From Nannocystales bacterium (GTDB taxonomy: Bacteria > Myxococcota_A > Polyangia > Nannocystales > Nannocystaceae): DNA of 64,000 nucleotides. The position numbers were made by a program, and so were the translations under genes. Below, piece by piece: positions 51,314 through 61,129 of this stretch. Below the pieces are notes generated by a model that was not told the DNA's origin, made no database searches, and worked only from the letters and a program-made list of their open reading frames with translations. Every line of letters starts with the position of its first letter. Position 1 is the stretch's first letter. The stretch is taken from assembly GCA_050633305.1 (NCBI GenBank), contig JBOEGF010000018.1:384001-448000 (forward strand), in the 5' to 3' direction.

Positions 51314-51388
51314 GGGGGAGCCGCCTGGTTCCCTCGCTACGTGGGCGTAGCCTGCCACGCTCACCTCTCCTAGGGCGCCCTGTCGGGC
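51314..51388. repeat. Diverged copy of the four-hairpin element seen at 44142-44312
   Basis: Same linkers (CCTCGCT, CGCT(T)CACC, GGGCG) and spacing; stems differ but stay paired. Confidence 0.6.
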
Positions 51389-51528
51389 TTGCTCGGCCAA
51401 CCAACGGAAGAGGCCACGCTTCCCTCTCGCATGGGAAACATGGCCTCCTCCTCCACGGAGAATGGGAACAATCTGGACTCGATGGCTGCCTTTCGGTTGG
51501 AGGGAGCAGAGCCGCTGAGTCGGGCTCA

Positions 51529-51861
51529 CTAGGCTTGGATGGTGATCTTGCGGGGCTTGTTGGCGGCCGCCTTGGAGAGCTGGAGTTCGAGGACTCCGCG
51601 TTCGAGCTTGGCCTCGATGGCGTCCGGGTCGACATCATCTCCGAATCCGAGAGAGCGGACGTAGACCGCCTCGGCGCCGCGGATGGCTTCGAACTTCAGC
51701 TCTCCGTCGTGAAAGCTGATGTCGATGTCGCCGCGCTGAACCCCCGGTACGTCGGCTCGGACCAGGTAGTGGTCGTCGCTTTCGAAGACGTCGACGGGTG
51801 CGGTGAGGCGGGGAAGCTTGGGAGCTTCGGACGGGGTGGAAACTGCGGTTTGTTCGGACAT
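51529..51861 (-). CDS. Hsp20/alpha-crystallin small heat shock protein
   Basis: 'PVDVFE', 'ADVPGV', 'AKLERGVLEL.L.K...PRKI.I'. Confidence 0.92.
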   Translation of the reverse strand: MSEQTAVSTPSEAPKLPRLTAPVDVFESDDHYLVRADVPGVQRGDIDISFHDGELKFEAIRGAEAVYVRSLGFGDDVDPDAIEAKLERGVLELQLSKAAANKPRKITIQA

Positions 51862-51889
51862 CGGGAAACTCCTTTTGGGGGCGGGCTGA

Positions 51890-52327
51890 CTAGGCGGCGT
51901 TGATGGTGATCTGGCGCGGCTTCTGTTCGGCTCGCTTGGGAAGGGTGACGGTGAGGATGCCGTCCTCGAAGGATGCTTCGATCCCTTCGGGGTCAACCTT
52001 GGGTCCGAGCTTGATGCTCTGCTCGAACGCCAAGGACCCGCGTTCGCGGCGGATGGCCCGGTACCCCTCGGGGGCTCCGTTTGAGCGCGTCGCACTGAGC
52101 TTGAGCTTTCCGTCCGAGACTTCGATGGATAGGTCCTCAGGGGACAGGCCAGGAAGGGCGGCCTTCAACGAAAACGCTTCGTCGGTCTCGCCGATCTTGA
52201 AGGTGCGACGGGCTGGGCGAGCCTTCGGTGCGGGGAAGAGCTCCCGGAACGCCTCATCAACCTGTCGGCTGAGCGAACGGAAGTCGTTGATGAAAGGGTC
52301 GGGGGTCGTTTTCCACTGCATGAGCAT
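51890..52327 (-). CDS. Hsp20/alpha-crystallin small heat shock protein
   Basis: 'ALPG', 'RRER', 'ASFEDGILTVTLPK...PRQI.I'; AGGAG RBS upstream. Confidence 0.93.
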   Translation of the reverse strand: MLMQWKTTPDPFINDFRSLSRQVDEAFRELFPAPKARPARRTFKIGETDEAFSLKAALPGLSPEDLSIEVSDGKLKLSATRSNGAPEGYRAIRRERGSLAFEQSIKLGPKVDPEGIEASFEDGILTVTLPKRAEQKPRQITINAA

Positions 52328-52514
52328 GACGGTGCACTCCTGGGTCTTGGTCCTCGAACCGCGCCGCCGTCGCGATGCGGATGCTTGGGGAAGGCGCGAC
52401 GGTGCACGCGGTCCGAGGAAGTCTGCGGTTGTGCCGCTGTTTGTTGCGGCGGGTCGAGGGGGCCCCCCTGCCGCTCTTGCGGCTCTTGTGGGGGGTCTCG
52501 TCGACCTCGAAGCA

Positions 52515-52542
52515 AACCTAAGCCTCGGCCGCGGGGTGTCAA
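52515..52542 (-). promoter_or_regulatory. Sigma70-type promoter of the hsp20 pair
   Basis: Minus strand TTGACA (52542-52537), 16 nt, TAGGTT (52520-52515); A-tract upstream. Confidence 0.6.
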
Positions 52543-52661
52543 CACAAGCCGCAAACACTTTTTTGTGGGCTGCCCGATCGGTTTGGGACCTCGACGTGGG
52601 GGCAGCCCTAGACCCGCTGGGGCCAATATCGGCTCTGCAAAGGGGGCCGTCTGTCGCTTTC

Positions 52662-52696
52662 GGGGACGACGAGGCGGGTTCGCCCCGTCGTCCCCC
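52662..52696 (-). terminator. GC-rich hairpin after the ABC exporter operon
   Basis: GGGGACGACG-A-GGCG / CGCC-C-CGTCGTCCCC about 16 nt after the stop; no clear U-tract. Confidence 0.45.
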
Positions 52697-52712
52697 GGGT
52701 GTTCGCGAGTCG

Positions 52713-53912
52713 TTAGCGGGCCTGGACCAGCGCGCCGTCTTCCAGCGAGTCGCTGGGATGCACGATGACGCGGTCTTCTGCGGCCAGGCCCGATGCGACG
52801 ACGGTCTCCAGGTCGTTGCGACGACCCAACTCGACGTGGCGGACGCGAGCGACATCTCCCTCGACGACAAACACCGCCCAGCTCCCGTCCTCGTCGCGGA
52901 ACAACGCACTCACGGGAACCTTGACCACGTCCTCCGCCCGCCAGACCAGGATGTCGGCTTCCACGCGGTATCCGTCGCCAAGCTTCGCGGAGGCCTCACC
53001 AGCGTCCTCGAGCGCAATGACGACGTTGACACGTTGCTCCTCGACCCCGAGGGCCGAGACCTTCATGAACGCCGCGGGCTCGATGAGTCGCACATGCCCC
53101 ACCAGCGACGTGTCGCCGCCCCAGTTCACGAGGTTCGTGGTGTCTCCGAGGCTGATCTCGACAGCCTCGGAGGTGAGGACGTCGACCACCACTTCGAGCG
53201 CGCTCAAGTCCGCGACTTCGAGGAGTTCCTCGGCGGGATGGATGACGCCCTCGCTCTTGCGAAGAATGCGGAGTACCTCGCCGGCCACCGGAGAGTGAAT
53301 CTCGATCGGTTCCTCGCCCTCGCCCCCGTCGCGTTTGCGGGCTCGGTTGACGGCGGCCTTGGCGGTCTGCAGCTCGTACTTCGCGACGCTCGCCCCAAAC
53401 TTCGCGGAGTGCAGGTCCTCTTTGGCGGTCGCAGCCTCGAGCTTGGCGGCATCAAACTCCCGCTGCGAGATGCCGCCCTTGGCGAGCAGTTGTTTTGTTC
53501 GATCGAACTCCTGCTCCGCGTACTTCTTGGCGGCCACGGCCCGCGCCACCGATGCCCCGGCCTGGCGCACCGCGGCGCCGGACGCTCGAGACCGGGTCTC
53601 GAGCTCTCGGATCTGCGACGCGTCGAGCAGCGGCGGAGCGATCGGTTCGATGCGGGCCAAGACGGTCTCGGGGTCCACGGCATCCCCGGGCTCGAGTTCA
53701 ATACGAGCCAGGTTGCCGTTGACGGTGGAGCGGACCACGTACCGATCTTTGACCCGGGTGGTCCCCTCGCTCTTGATCGACACCTGGACGGTCCCGCGGC
53801 TGACTTCGACGACGTCGACGGCCAGCGGCTTGGGCTGCATCGAGAGGAACACACCGACCGCAACGGCGAGCAACACCAGGACCAAGACGCCTCTTCCTAT
53901 CCACTTCTTCAT
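52713..53912 (-). CDS. Membrane fusion protein (HlyD/MacA-like periplasmic adaptor)
   Basis: N-terminal TM, coiled-coil hairpin, 'IHSPVAG.V', 'KVSALGVEEQRV', 'VPVSALF'. Confidence 0.93.
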   Translation of the reverse strand: MKKWIGRGVLVLVLLAVAVGVFLSMQPKPLAVDVVEVSRGTVQVSIKSEGTTRVKDRYVVRSTVNGNLARIELEPGDAVDPETVLARIEPIAPPLLDASQIRELETRSRASGAAVRQAGASVARAVAAKKYAEQEFDRTKQLLAKGGISQREFDAAKLEAATAKEDLHSAKFGASVAKYELQTAKAAVNRARKRDGGEGEEPIEIHSPVAGEVLRILRKSEGVIHPAEELLEVADLSALEVVVDVLTSEAVEISLGDTTNLVNWGGDTSLVGHVRLIEPAAFMKVSALGVEEQRVNVVIALEDAGEASAKLGDGYRVEADILVWRAEDVVKVPVSALFRDEDGSWAVFVVEGDVARVRHVELGRRNDLETVVASGLAAEDRVIVHPSDSLEDGALVQAR

Positions 53913-53915
53913 GAG

Positions 53916-56282
53916 TCACTCCCGTGTCTTGAGTACGCCGACCATGTCGAGCTTGTTGATTCGCCGACGCACGAGCAGCGCCGCGCCGGTTCCGGAGACG
54001 AGCGCGACCGCGCTGGCGAGCACGTACGTCCCCGGCGAAATGATCAGCGGGAACCGGTACAGCTCCGTATCGATACCGCTGACCACGCTCAGAGCGAACG
54101 CGTAGCCCATCAGGCATCCAATCGGGAGCGCCAACACCAACTGGACCGCAAGCTCGCCCAGAAGGATGGTGGAGACCTCGCCCCGTGTGAACCCAAGCAC
54201 CCGTAGGCTCGCCAGTTCGCGGCTCCGCTCGGCCAAGACGACACGAGCGCCGTTGTAGACCACGCCAATCGTCACGATCGATGCCAGAAAGCCCAGGATG
54301 ACCGCGGTCGCGTTCTGCATGCCGCCCGAGGTCTGCATGAACACCTCGTACGCGGCGGTCCTGAGACTCACCACCGCGACCCCGGGCGAGCGCTTGAGCT
54401 TCAGGTACACGCTCTCTTCTTGGGCGGGGTCGAGCAGCAGCCGTGCGCCCGAGATCAGCCGGCCCTCGCCCATCAGAGCGTTGACGGTTCGGACATCGGC
54501 ATAGGCGTTGAGCCCGACGAGTTCGTCGACAAGGCCGGCCACCACGACGACCTCGGTCCGAGCCTCGCCCTCGAGAATCTCGACGTGCAGCGGGTCGCCG
54601 ACGTGCACCCCCAAGCGGCGGCCGAGTTCGTCGGTGAGCAGCACGCCCGAGTCTGGAACGGGGACGCGATCGAGGTCGCCATCGAGCAGCTGCCGTAGTT
54701 CCCCGGCGTCGGTCAGACCTTGAAGCCCCGTCTCGTAGGAACGGTGGCCGTTGCGGAGCCGGACCGCGACGTCGCGCATGGGCTCCGCCCGCATCACGCC
54801 GTCCATCGACTCGAGCTCTGCGAGCACACGGGTTCCGAGCGCACGGGTGAAGTAGACGGTTGCGTCCTCCCGTTGCGCGCGCTGGAAGTTGATCTCCATC
54901 ACGTAGTCCAGGGCGCCGACCGAGAACGTTCCGGGGATCATGATCGCCATTCCGATGGCGATACCGAGGCTGGACATCAGGGTCCTGCCCGGCGCGCGCT
55001 CGATGTTGCGCAGCACGATGCGACCGGAGCGACCGAGGATCTGCTCAAGTCCCATGCGACTGAGGAACCCACGTTTGTAGGTCGACGGTGCTTTCGGGCG
55101 CATGGCCTCGGCGGGCGGGAGAGACACGGCGCGGCGAATGGCCACGACTGTGCCGATGAAACCGGCGCCCAACGACAATGCCGTCGCGCTCGCGAGCAAC
55201 TCGACCTGGGTGTGAAAGCGGAGGTCGGGGAAACGGAAGTACTCGGCGTAGACGGAGATCAATCCATCGCCGAGCAGGCCACCGAGGGCAGCGCCCAGTG
55301 CTGTCCCGCCCAGGACGATGACCGTCATCATCTCGGTGTAGTGGACGCCCAGGGAGAAGTTCCCGTAGCCCAACGCCTTGAGCGCGGCGATTTGTTCACG
55401 CTGGCCCTCGACGAGGCGGGTCATCACCACGTTGAGTAGAAACGCTGCGACCGCGAGGAACATGATCGGAACGACCGCTCCCATGCCTCCGAGTTGTTTG
55501 AGTTCCTCGTCGACGTATCGCGCGGAGACCTGTTTGGCGCGGCCGTGCGCGCCTCGTCCTCCGTAGCGTTCGATCTTGGAATCGACCGCCGCAACCACAT
55601 CCTGTTCGGACGCGCCGCGAGCCAGCGTCAGGGTGATGTCGTTGATGCCCCCTTCCATGTCGACGAGCGTCGCGAGCCGGCCTCGCTCGACCCAGAACAC
55701 GCCGAACCGAAGGGGGTCCGGGAACAGGCTGCCCTCGCCAATGCTGTAGACGTACTCGGGGGAGAGCGCGACGCCGACGACCCGCAGCTTGACCTCATGA
55801 CCCTTGACCAGGGTTCTCAGCTCGGCGCCGAGCTCGAGGGCGTGGGCGACCGCGAAGGCTTCGCTGACGACGGTCTCGGTGTGCCGGCCGCGGCGTGGCA
55901 TTCGGCCTCGCGTGAGATGCAGGAGGCTGAACGACCCGCGTTCGACCTCAGGGAGCGAAACGAGGCGCCCGATCGCGGGCTCGGAGAGACCCTCGACGTC
56001 GATGGACACGCGTTCGACGATCCGTCCTTCGGCCCGCTGGACGCCATCGAGTGCCGCGATCTCACCCACAAGGGCGGTGGGCGCGTAGGCAACCCTGGCG
56101 AAGACGTCGGGGAACTGGTTCTTCTCGTAGTACGACGCTGCGGCGGAGACCAAGGAGGCATGCACGCTCAGCATGACGACGAACGAGGCAATCCCGCATG
56201 CGACGACGGCCCCGATCGCGAAGACCTGACCCCGCATCTTCCACAAGTCGCGGAAGAGCTTGCGCTGAAGCGAGGTCACCAT
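53916..56282 (-). CDS. FtsX/MacB-like ABC transporter permease (duplicated)
   Basis: '[13 protein letters not shown]' and '[14 protein letters not shown]' FtsX motifs. Confidence 0.93.
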   Translation of the reverse strand: MVTSLQRKLFRDLWKMRGQVFAIGAVVACGIASFVVMLSVHASLVSAAASYYEKNQFPDVFARVAYAPTALVGEIAALDGVQRAEGRIVERVSIDVEGLSEPAIGRLVSLPEVERGSFSLLHLTRGRMPRRGRHTETVVSEAFAVAHALELGAELRTLVKGHEVKLRVVGVALSPEYVYSIGEGSLFPDPLRFGVFWVERGRLATLVDMEGGINDITLTLARGASEQDVVAAVDSKIERYGGRGAHGRAKQVSARYVDEELKQLGGMGAVVPIMFLAVAAFLLNVVMTRLVEGQREQIAALKALGYGNFSLGVHYTEMMTVIVLGGTALGAALGGLLGDGLISVYAEYFRFPDLRFHTQVELLASATALSLGAGFIGTVVAIRRAVSLPPAEAMRPKAPSTYKRGFLSRMGLEQILGRSGRIVLRNIERAPGRTLMSSLGIAIGMAIMIPGTFSVGALDYVMEINFQRAQREDATVYFTRALGTRVLAELESMDGVMRAEPMRDVAVRLRNGHRSYETGLQGLTDAGELRQLLDGDLDRVPVPDSGVLLTDELGRRLGVHVGDPLHVEILEGEARTEVVVVAGLVDELVGLNAYADVRTVNALMGEGRLISGARLLLDPAQEESVYLKLKRSPGVAVVSLRTAAYEVFMQTSGGMQNATAVILGFLASIVTIGVVYNGARVVLAERSRELASLRVLGFTRGEVSTILLGELAVQLVLALPIGCLMGYAFALSVVSGIDTELYRFPLIISPGTYVLASAVALVSGTGAALLVRRRINKLDMVGVLKTRE

Positions 56283-57025
56283 TCGATATCCGTCGGGGGG
56301 ACGCGCTCGTCATTCACGGTGATCTTGCCGATGCTGCCGTCCGCCATCTCGATGACGCGGTGGGCCATGGCCCCGATCGCCGCGTTGTGGGTAATGACAG
56401 CCGTGGTGGTCCCGAACTCGGCGTTCACCCGATTCAAGACCTCCAGCACGACCTTGCCTGTGGTGATGTCCAGGGCTCCGGTGGGCTCGTCGCACAGCAA
56501 GATGTTCGGACGCTTGGCGACCGCCCGCGCGATCGCAACCCGCTGCTGCTCGCCCCCGGAGAGCTGCGATGGAAAGTGATCGATGCGGTCGCGCAGCCCG
56601 ACGAGTTCGAGGGCTTGCTTGGCGCTCAGGGGGTCGGGCGCGATCTCGGTGACCAGCTCCACATTCTCGAGCGCGGTCAGCGAGGGGATGAGGTTGTAGA
56701 ACTGGAAGACGAACCCGACGTGGTTGCGGCGGTAGGTCGTCAGCTGCTTTTCGTCGGCGGCGTCGAGGGCCTCTCCGCGATAGAGGATCTTGCCGCTCGA
56801 GGGCGTGTCGAGGCCGCCCATGAGGTTGAGGAGCGTCGACTTTCCGCTCCCGGAGGGTCCGAGCAACACGACGAACTCTCCCCGATACAGGTCAACATCT
56901 GTCCCGCGGAGCGCATGGACGCTGACGTCACCCATCTCGTAGGTCTTGGTGGCGCCGCGAACGGAAAGGATCGCCTCCCCTGGCTCGTCCGCCGACGTCG
57001 TAGCGCGCGCTGGGTCCTTCTCCAT
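56276..57025 (-). CDS. ABC transporter ATP-binding protein (LolD/MacB-like)
   Basis: [30 protein letters not shown]. Confidence 0.96.
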   Translation of the reverse strand: MEKDPARATTSADEPGEAILSVRGATKTYEMGDVSVHALRGTDVDLYRGEFVVLLGPSGSGKSTLLNLMGGLDTPSSGKILYRGEALDAADEKQLTTYRRNHVGFVFQFYNLIPSLTALENVELVTEIAPDPLSAKQALELVGLRDRIDHFPSQLSGGEQQRVAIARAVAKRPNILLCDEPTGALDITTGKVVLEVLNRVNAEFGTTTAVITHNAAIGAMAHRVIEMADGSIGKITVNDERVPPTDIEW

Positions 57026-57109
57026 GCGGATGGCACAAGGATGCCGTGGCCGCGGGGGGTGGTGGCGGCAAAAACAGCGCGAGCGAGGGCCCGCTTTCGG
57101 TGCTGGGCG

Positions 57110-57778
57110 TCAGCCCGCTGGGAGGCGGCCGCGCAGCCAGGCCCCGACAGCTTCGATCTCTTCGGGGCACACGTGGTGCTCGATCGGGTACTCGTGCCAG
57201 TGCGTCTTGGCGGTCGTCCAGCCGTCAAAGTCGGCCTTCGCCTCGCGCCCCCAGTCGACACTGACCATCGGGTCGTGGGTCCCGTGACCGAAGAAAACCT
57301 CGGTGTCGCGGTTGGCATCGTTGCGCTCGGCCTCGAACTCCGGGCGAAGCACGTGGTAGCCGGAGAGCGACATGATGCCGGCGAGGGTGTGCTCGTGGCG
57401 TGCCCCGACGAACAGCGACATCGCGGCGCCCTGCGAGAAACCGGCGATGACGGTTCTCGACGACGCCACACCGCGCGTCCGCTCTCGCTCCAGCAGGGCC
57501 TCGATCTTCTGGCCCGACGCCCGAATGTGGTCGCCGTTCTCCCGCCCCTCGACGTGGTCGAAGGTGAGGATGTCGTACCAGGCGGGCATGACGAAACCGC
57601 CGTTGATCGTCACGGGATACTGAGGCGCGTGCGGGAACACGAACCGAACGTGCGGACACAGCAGTGCCGGAACCACGGGCTCGAAGTCGTGTCCGCTCGC
57701 GCCGAGGCCGTGCATCCATACGACCGAGGCGGTCGCGTCTTTGGGTCCGACCTCGACACAGTCCAGTAGCGCGCTCAC
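57110..57778 (-). CDS. Phospholipase/carboxylesterase (abhydrolase_2)
   Basis: 'WMHGLGA', 'INGG..MPAWYDI', GFSQG, 'HG..DPMV'; GTG start chosen. Confidence 0.93.
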   Translation of the reverse strand: MSALLDCVEVGPKDATASVVWMHGLGASGHDFEPVVPALLCPHVRFVFPHAPQYPVTINGGFVMPAWYDILTFDHVEGRENGDHIRASGQKIEALLERERTRGVASSRTVIAGFSQGAAMSLFVGARHEHTLAGIMSLSGYHVLRPEFEAERNDANRDTEVFFGHGTHDPMVSVDWGREAKADFDGWTTAKTHWHEYPIEHHVCPEEIEAVGAWLRGRLPAG

Positions 57779-57811
57779 GGCCCGCCTTGTAGCACGTGAT
57801 AGGTTCGGCCC

Positions 57812-58864
57812 GTGGGAGGCCAGGGGGCGCGGCGGCCGTGGGTCGCTTGGGGAATTTCCCTGATCGGTGCCGCTGCATTCTTGTGGTTGGCCTCGACTCG
57901 CCTGCAGCTGTGGCCGGAGACCTTTACGCTGGAGTCTCCGCTCCTGCTGGCCGCCGCGGCGGCAATGCACGTGCCCTATGCGCTGGTGCGGGCACTTCGG
58001 CTGCAGTACGTGTTCGACCCGTTGGTCGCGGACCATGGCGGGTCTCGGATGAGCCGCCGCGTGCTGTACGGCAGCGGCTTCCTGTCCTTTTTCGTGCTCT
58101 TGGTCCTGCCGCTCAAGCTCGGAGAGCTGTCCCGGCCCATGTTGTTGGCCCGCGGTCGTCAGCCCGGCCTCGGCCTGCCTGAGGCCATCGGCGGGGTGGC
58201 TCTGGAGCGGTTGGTCGACGGTCTCATCATCGTTGCGATGCTGTTCGGTGGCCTCGCGCTGTCCGAGGTACAGCTCGAAAGCAGCCTGGCCGACGTCCGG
58301 TTGGTGGGGATGACGATGTCCGCCGTGTTTGTCGTGGGCCTGATGGTACTCGTCGTCGCGGCCCGCATGCCGGACCGCGCGACCGCACTTGCCTCCGCCA
58401 TTGGGGGGATTTTTGGAGCCCGGGCTCGTGCGCTCGCCTCGGGACTGGTCGAGCGCGTTGCTGGGACGATGCGTGGCGTTCTCGCCCTCGAGCACGCTGG
58501 ACCCTTTGTGCTCTGGTCGATCCTTTACTGGGCGATCACCGCGGCGCAGCTGTGGTTGGTCCTCGAGGCATGTGGGATCCATCTCAATGGCGCGGCGGCG
58601 GCAGCGATCATCGCGATCGTCGGGCTGAGCATTCAGCTCCCCGGGGGACCGGCGCAGTTCGGGACCTTTCAGATGGGCACGGGGCTCGCGCTACCGCTGT
58701 ATCTGGACGCTGCAGCCCTCCAGAGTGCCGGGAGCACCTTTTCAGCGGTGATGTACGCACTGCAACTCGTGGGCGCTGGACTGATGGCTCTCCCCGGTCT
58801 GGCCCTGCTTGCGCGGGTCCCACAGTCCCCGGACGACCCCGATTCGGGCAAACCGGCGCCGTAA
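57812..58864 (+). CDS. Lysylphosphatidylglycerol-synthase TM-domain / UPF0104 flippase-like protein
   Basis: 'VLPLKLGELSR', 'LERLVDG', 'LPGGPAQFGTFQ'; multi-TM. Confidence 0.85.
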   Translation: MGGQGARRPWVAWGISLIGAAAFLWLASTRLQLWPETFTLESPLLLAAAAAMHVPYALVRALRLQYVFDPLVADHGGSRMSRRVLYGSGFLSFFVLLVLPLKLGELSRPMLLARGRQPGLGLPEAIGGVALERLVDGLIIVAMLFGGLALSEVQLESSLADVRLVGMTMSAVFVVGLMVLVVAARMPDRATALASAIGGIFGARARALASGLVERVAGTMRGVLALEHAGPFVLWSILYWAITAAQLWLVLEACGIHLNGAAAAAIIAIVGLSIQLPGGPAQFGTFQMGTGLALPLYLDAAALQSAGSTFSAVMYALQLVGAGLMALPGLALLARVPQSPDDPDSGKPAP

Positions 58865-58966
58865 GCAGGAGCGTCGCCACCCGTTGCTGCAAACGGTGGG
58901 TCGCGGGTATGCTCCGCCGACGTTCCGCCGCTTGCGCACTAGCCGCAAGACTCTCGGAGAGGTTCC

Positions 58967-60487
58967 ATGCTCGGTTTTCACGCTCTGACCACTCGATTGG
59001 CCGACACGCGCTTCGGCATCGCTGCCCTCGCGCTCACCCTCGCCGCCGCTCCTGCATGCGGCAAGAAGTCCAAAGGGACCGACGCGCCCGATTCGGGCGG
59101 CGCGGCGGCAAGCTCTTCGGACGACGGTGGCACGGGCGACCGCATCGCCAAAGCTCGCACCAACGAGCTGCTGCGTCTCGCCAACGAAGACCTCGCGAAA
59201 GGCCGCTACGTCTCCGCCGCGAAGCGAGCCGAAGAAGCGCTCGAAAAGGATGCGAACAGCGCTGACGCCTACGCGATCCTTGGCACCTCCAGCTGGCGCG
59301 CCGGAGACTTCGTCGCTTCGACCGCAGCGTACGAAAAGTCGGTCGAACTCGACGCCAAGAACTTCGGTGGCGTGCTCGGCCTGGGTCGCAACCTGCAGGC
59401 TGCCGGCGCTCACCAGCGGGCGATCGAGCTGCTCGACGTCCTGGTCGAAGACGACAAAGAGCAGATCGCTCCGCGTCTGACGAAGCTTTGGAGCTACTAC
59501 ACGCTGGTCGACGCCGAGGCAGGCGTGAAGGAACTCGACGAGATCTTCAAGTTCCTCCCCGCTGAAGACCCGCAGCTCCCCCTGGTGCAGTCCTATGCCG
59601 CCTTCCTTCGTCCTCTCGAAGGCAAGGGTCCGTTCTTCGTCATCGACGGAGAGAGCGGGTCAATGGACGCTGGCATCAACCACGACATCGGGGTCAAGTA
59701 CACCAGCGGGATCATCGGCGGAGAGTTCTCCCGGGTGATCTTCTTCGAGAGCGTCGAGGAGACCGTGATCGATGCGGGCCTCGTCGCGACTCTCGGCTTG
59801 AAGTCGGTTGGCAAGATGACTCCGCTGGGTCAAGAGGCCGAGACCGACATCGTCCTGGTTCCGGAGGTGAAGTTCGGCGAACTCACCATGAAGAACGTGC
59901 CCGCGATCGTGCGGCCGCTCGATCCGTACGAGCCCGCACTCGGTGAGAAGCCGGGGTTGATCCTCGGCCGCCAAGCGATGCAGGCGATGGGGTCGTTCAC
60001 GTTCGACTTCCCCGGAAACTCGCTGACGGTCACCAAAGCGGCTCCCGACGCTGCCCCGGAAGGCTCGGTCGAGCTTCCGTTCTTGCTCGTCAGCATGCAC
60101 GTGCAGAGCGCTCCGGTCGTCCCGGTCAGCATCGATGGCGCTGAGCACAGCTTCTACGTCTACTTCGGTGGAACGTATGGCTCCGGTGTTGCGGTCACGC
60201 GAAAGCACTACCTCAAGAGCGGCCACCTTCCTCGTGAACTCGACAACCCCGAGGACGAGGCCAACGGTCTGAAGATGGTCTACGTCAACGAGTTCGGCAT
60301 CGGCGACAAGGCCCTGGGCGGCATGGGGGGCCTGGTGCTGCTCAACGCCCGTCCCGACCCCAACCTCGCAATCTACCTCGACGGCACGGCGTTCGAGATG
60401 GGCGGCTACGTCAACACACGGTTGATGGAGGGTTGGTCGGTCACCTACGCGCCCGCTTCGGGCAAGATCTTCGTCAAGACTCCGTAG
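58967..60487 (+). CDS. TPR lipoprotein with tandem retropepsin-like (aspartyl-protease-like) domains
   Basis: APAC lipobox; TPRs; 'VKFGELTMKNVP...GLILGRQAM...FTFDF' retropepsin pattern; catalytic DTG not found. Confidence 0.7.
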   Translation: MLGFHALTTRLADTRFGIAALALTLAAAPACGKKSKGTDAPDSGGAAASSSDDGGTGDRIAKARTNELLRLANEDLAKGRYVSAAKRAEEALEKDANSADAYAILGTSSWRAGDFVASTAAYEKSVELDAKNFGGVLGLGRNLQAAGAHQRAIELLDVLVEDDKEQIAPRLTKLWSYYTLVDAEAGVKELDEIFKFLPAEDPQLPLVQSYAAFLRPLEGKGPFFVIDGESGSMDAGINHDIGVKYTSGIIGGEFSRVIFFESVEETVIDAGLVATLGLKSVGKMTPLGQEAETDIVLVPEVKFGELTMKNVPAIVRPLDPYEPALGEKPGLILGRQAMQAMGSFTFDFPGNSLTVTKAAPDAAPEGSVELPFLLVSMHVQSAPVVPVSIDGAEHSFYVYFGGTYGSGVAVTRKHYLKSGHLPRELDNPEDEANGLKMVYVNEFGIGDKALGGMGGLVLLNARPDPNLAIYLDGTAFEMGGYVNTRLMEGWSVTYAPASGKIFVKTP

Positions 60488-60597
60488 CAACACGGGCGTC
60501 TGCGTCAGAGCGAGCCGTAGCGACACCTGTTCGCTGCGGCTCGTTTCACGTTGAGCCCCCAATGTTGCCGCTCGGCTGAGAACGCACCAAGGATCGA

Positions 60598-61095
60598 ATG
60601 CCTCGCTGGTTGGACCGACTGCTCGGACGCGTTCCCAAGATCGACGATTGGGACCAACTCGAGTTGGGTGTGTTCGAGGTCGAGGGCGTTGTTCGGGCGC
60701 TTGACGTCATCGTGGATCCCCTGGGAGGGGCTCGATGTGTCGCGCTCGACTACCGCGCCTGGCCTCCGAGCACGACCGCTGGTGTTGACGGGGCGGCGGT
60801 TGTCGGGGACCGAGCGTTTCAGGTCGCCGCATCCCAAACGGTGGAGTTCATGCTCGATGCAGCAGGGCGATCGGTGCTCATTCGTCCGCAGCCGGGGGAT
60901 GATGTCGCTGCCGTGCACCGGAGTCTCGAGGCGCAGTACGGCTTCAACCTCCGCGCCGAGGTCCATTGCGTCTCGCCCGGTGATGCGGTCGTCGTTCGGG
61001 GAAAGGTCGTGCACGTGACCCCCCCGGGCGGGAGTCCCCACCGAGCGGACCCGCATCGAGCGGTGATCGAGGCGCAGCAGATTCGTCTCCGCTGA
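60598..61095 (+). CDS. Hypothetical protein, GIDE-domain-like
   Basis: 'EVEG.V....DPLGGARCVA..Y', 'EFMLDAAGRSVLIRP', 'V.PGDAVVVRG'. Confidence 0.55.
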   Translation: MPRWLDRLLGRVPKIDDWDQLELGVFEVEGVVRALDVIVDPLGGARCVALDYRAWPPSTTAGVDGAAVVGDRAFQVAASQTVEFMLDAAGRSVLIRPQPGDDVAAVHRSLEAQYGFNLRAEVHCVSPGDAVVVRGKVVHVTPPGGSPHRADPHRAVIEAQQIRLR

Positions 61096-61129
61096 TTCAA
61101 GCTGCTGCCAGCGGTGTCGATGGGCAGGC

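Noticed and set aside
51410..51470. HDV-like ribozyme (GGCC..., CCTCCTC, GAATGGG)
   Set aside because: The nested double-pseudoknot order (P1, P2, P3, P1.1, P4) cannot be built from this sequence
52328..52712. CIRCE or HAIR heat-shock operator upstream of hsp20
   Set aside because: Neither TTAGCACTC-N9-GAGTGCTAA nor CTTGAGT-N7-ACTCAAG was seen
51900..54206. 768-aa plus-strand ORF (likewise 8722..10383 + and 34326..36380 -)
   Set aside because: These overlap well-supported genes on the opposite strand and have no domain motifs
57031..57046. Sigma54-like TGGCAC...TGC
   Set aside because: GG-to-GC spacing is 9 rather than 10 nt and it points away from the ABC operon
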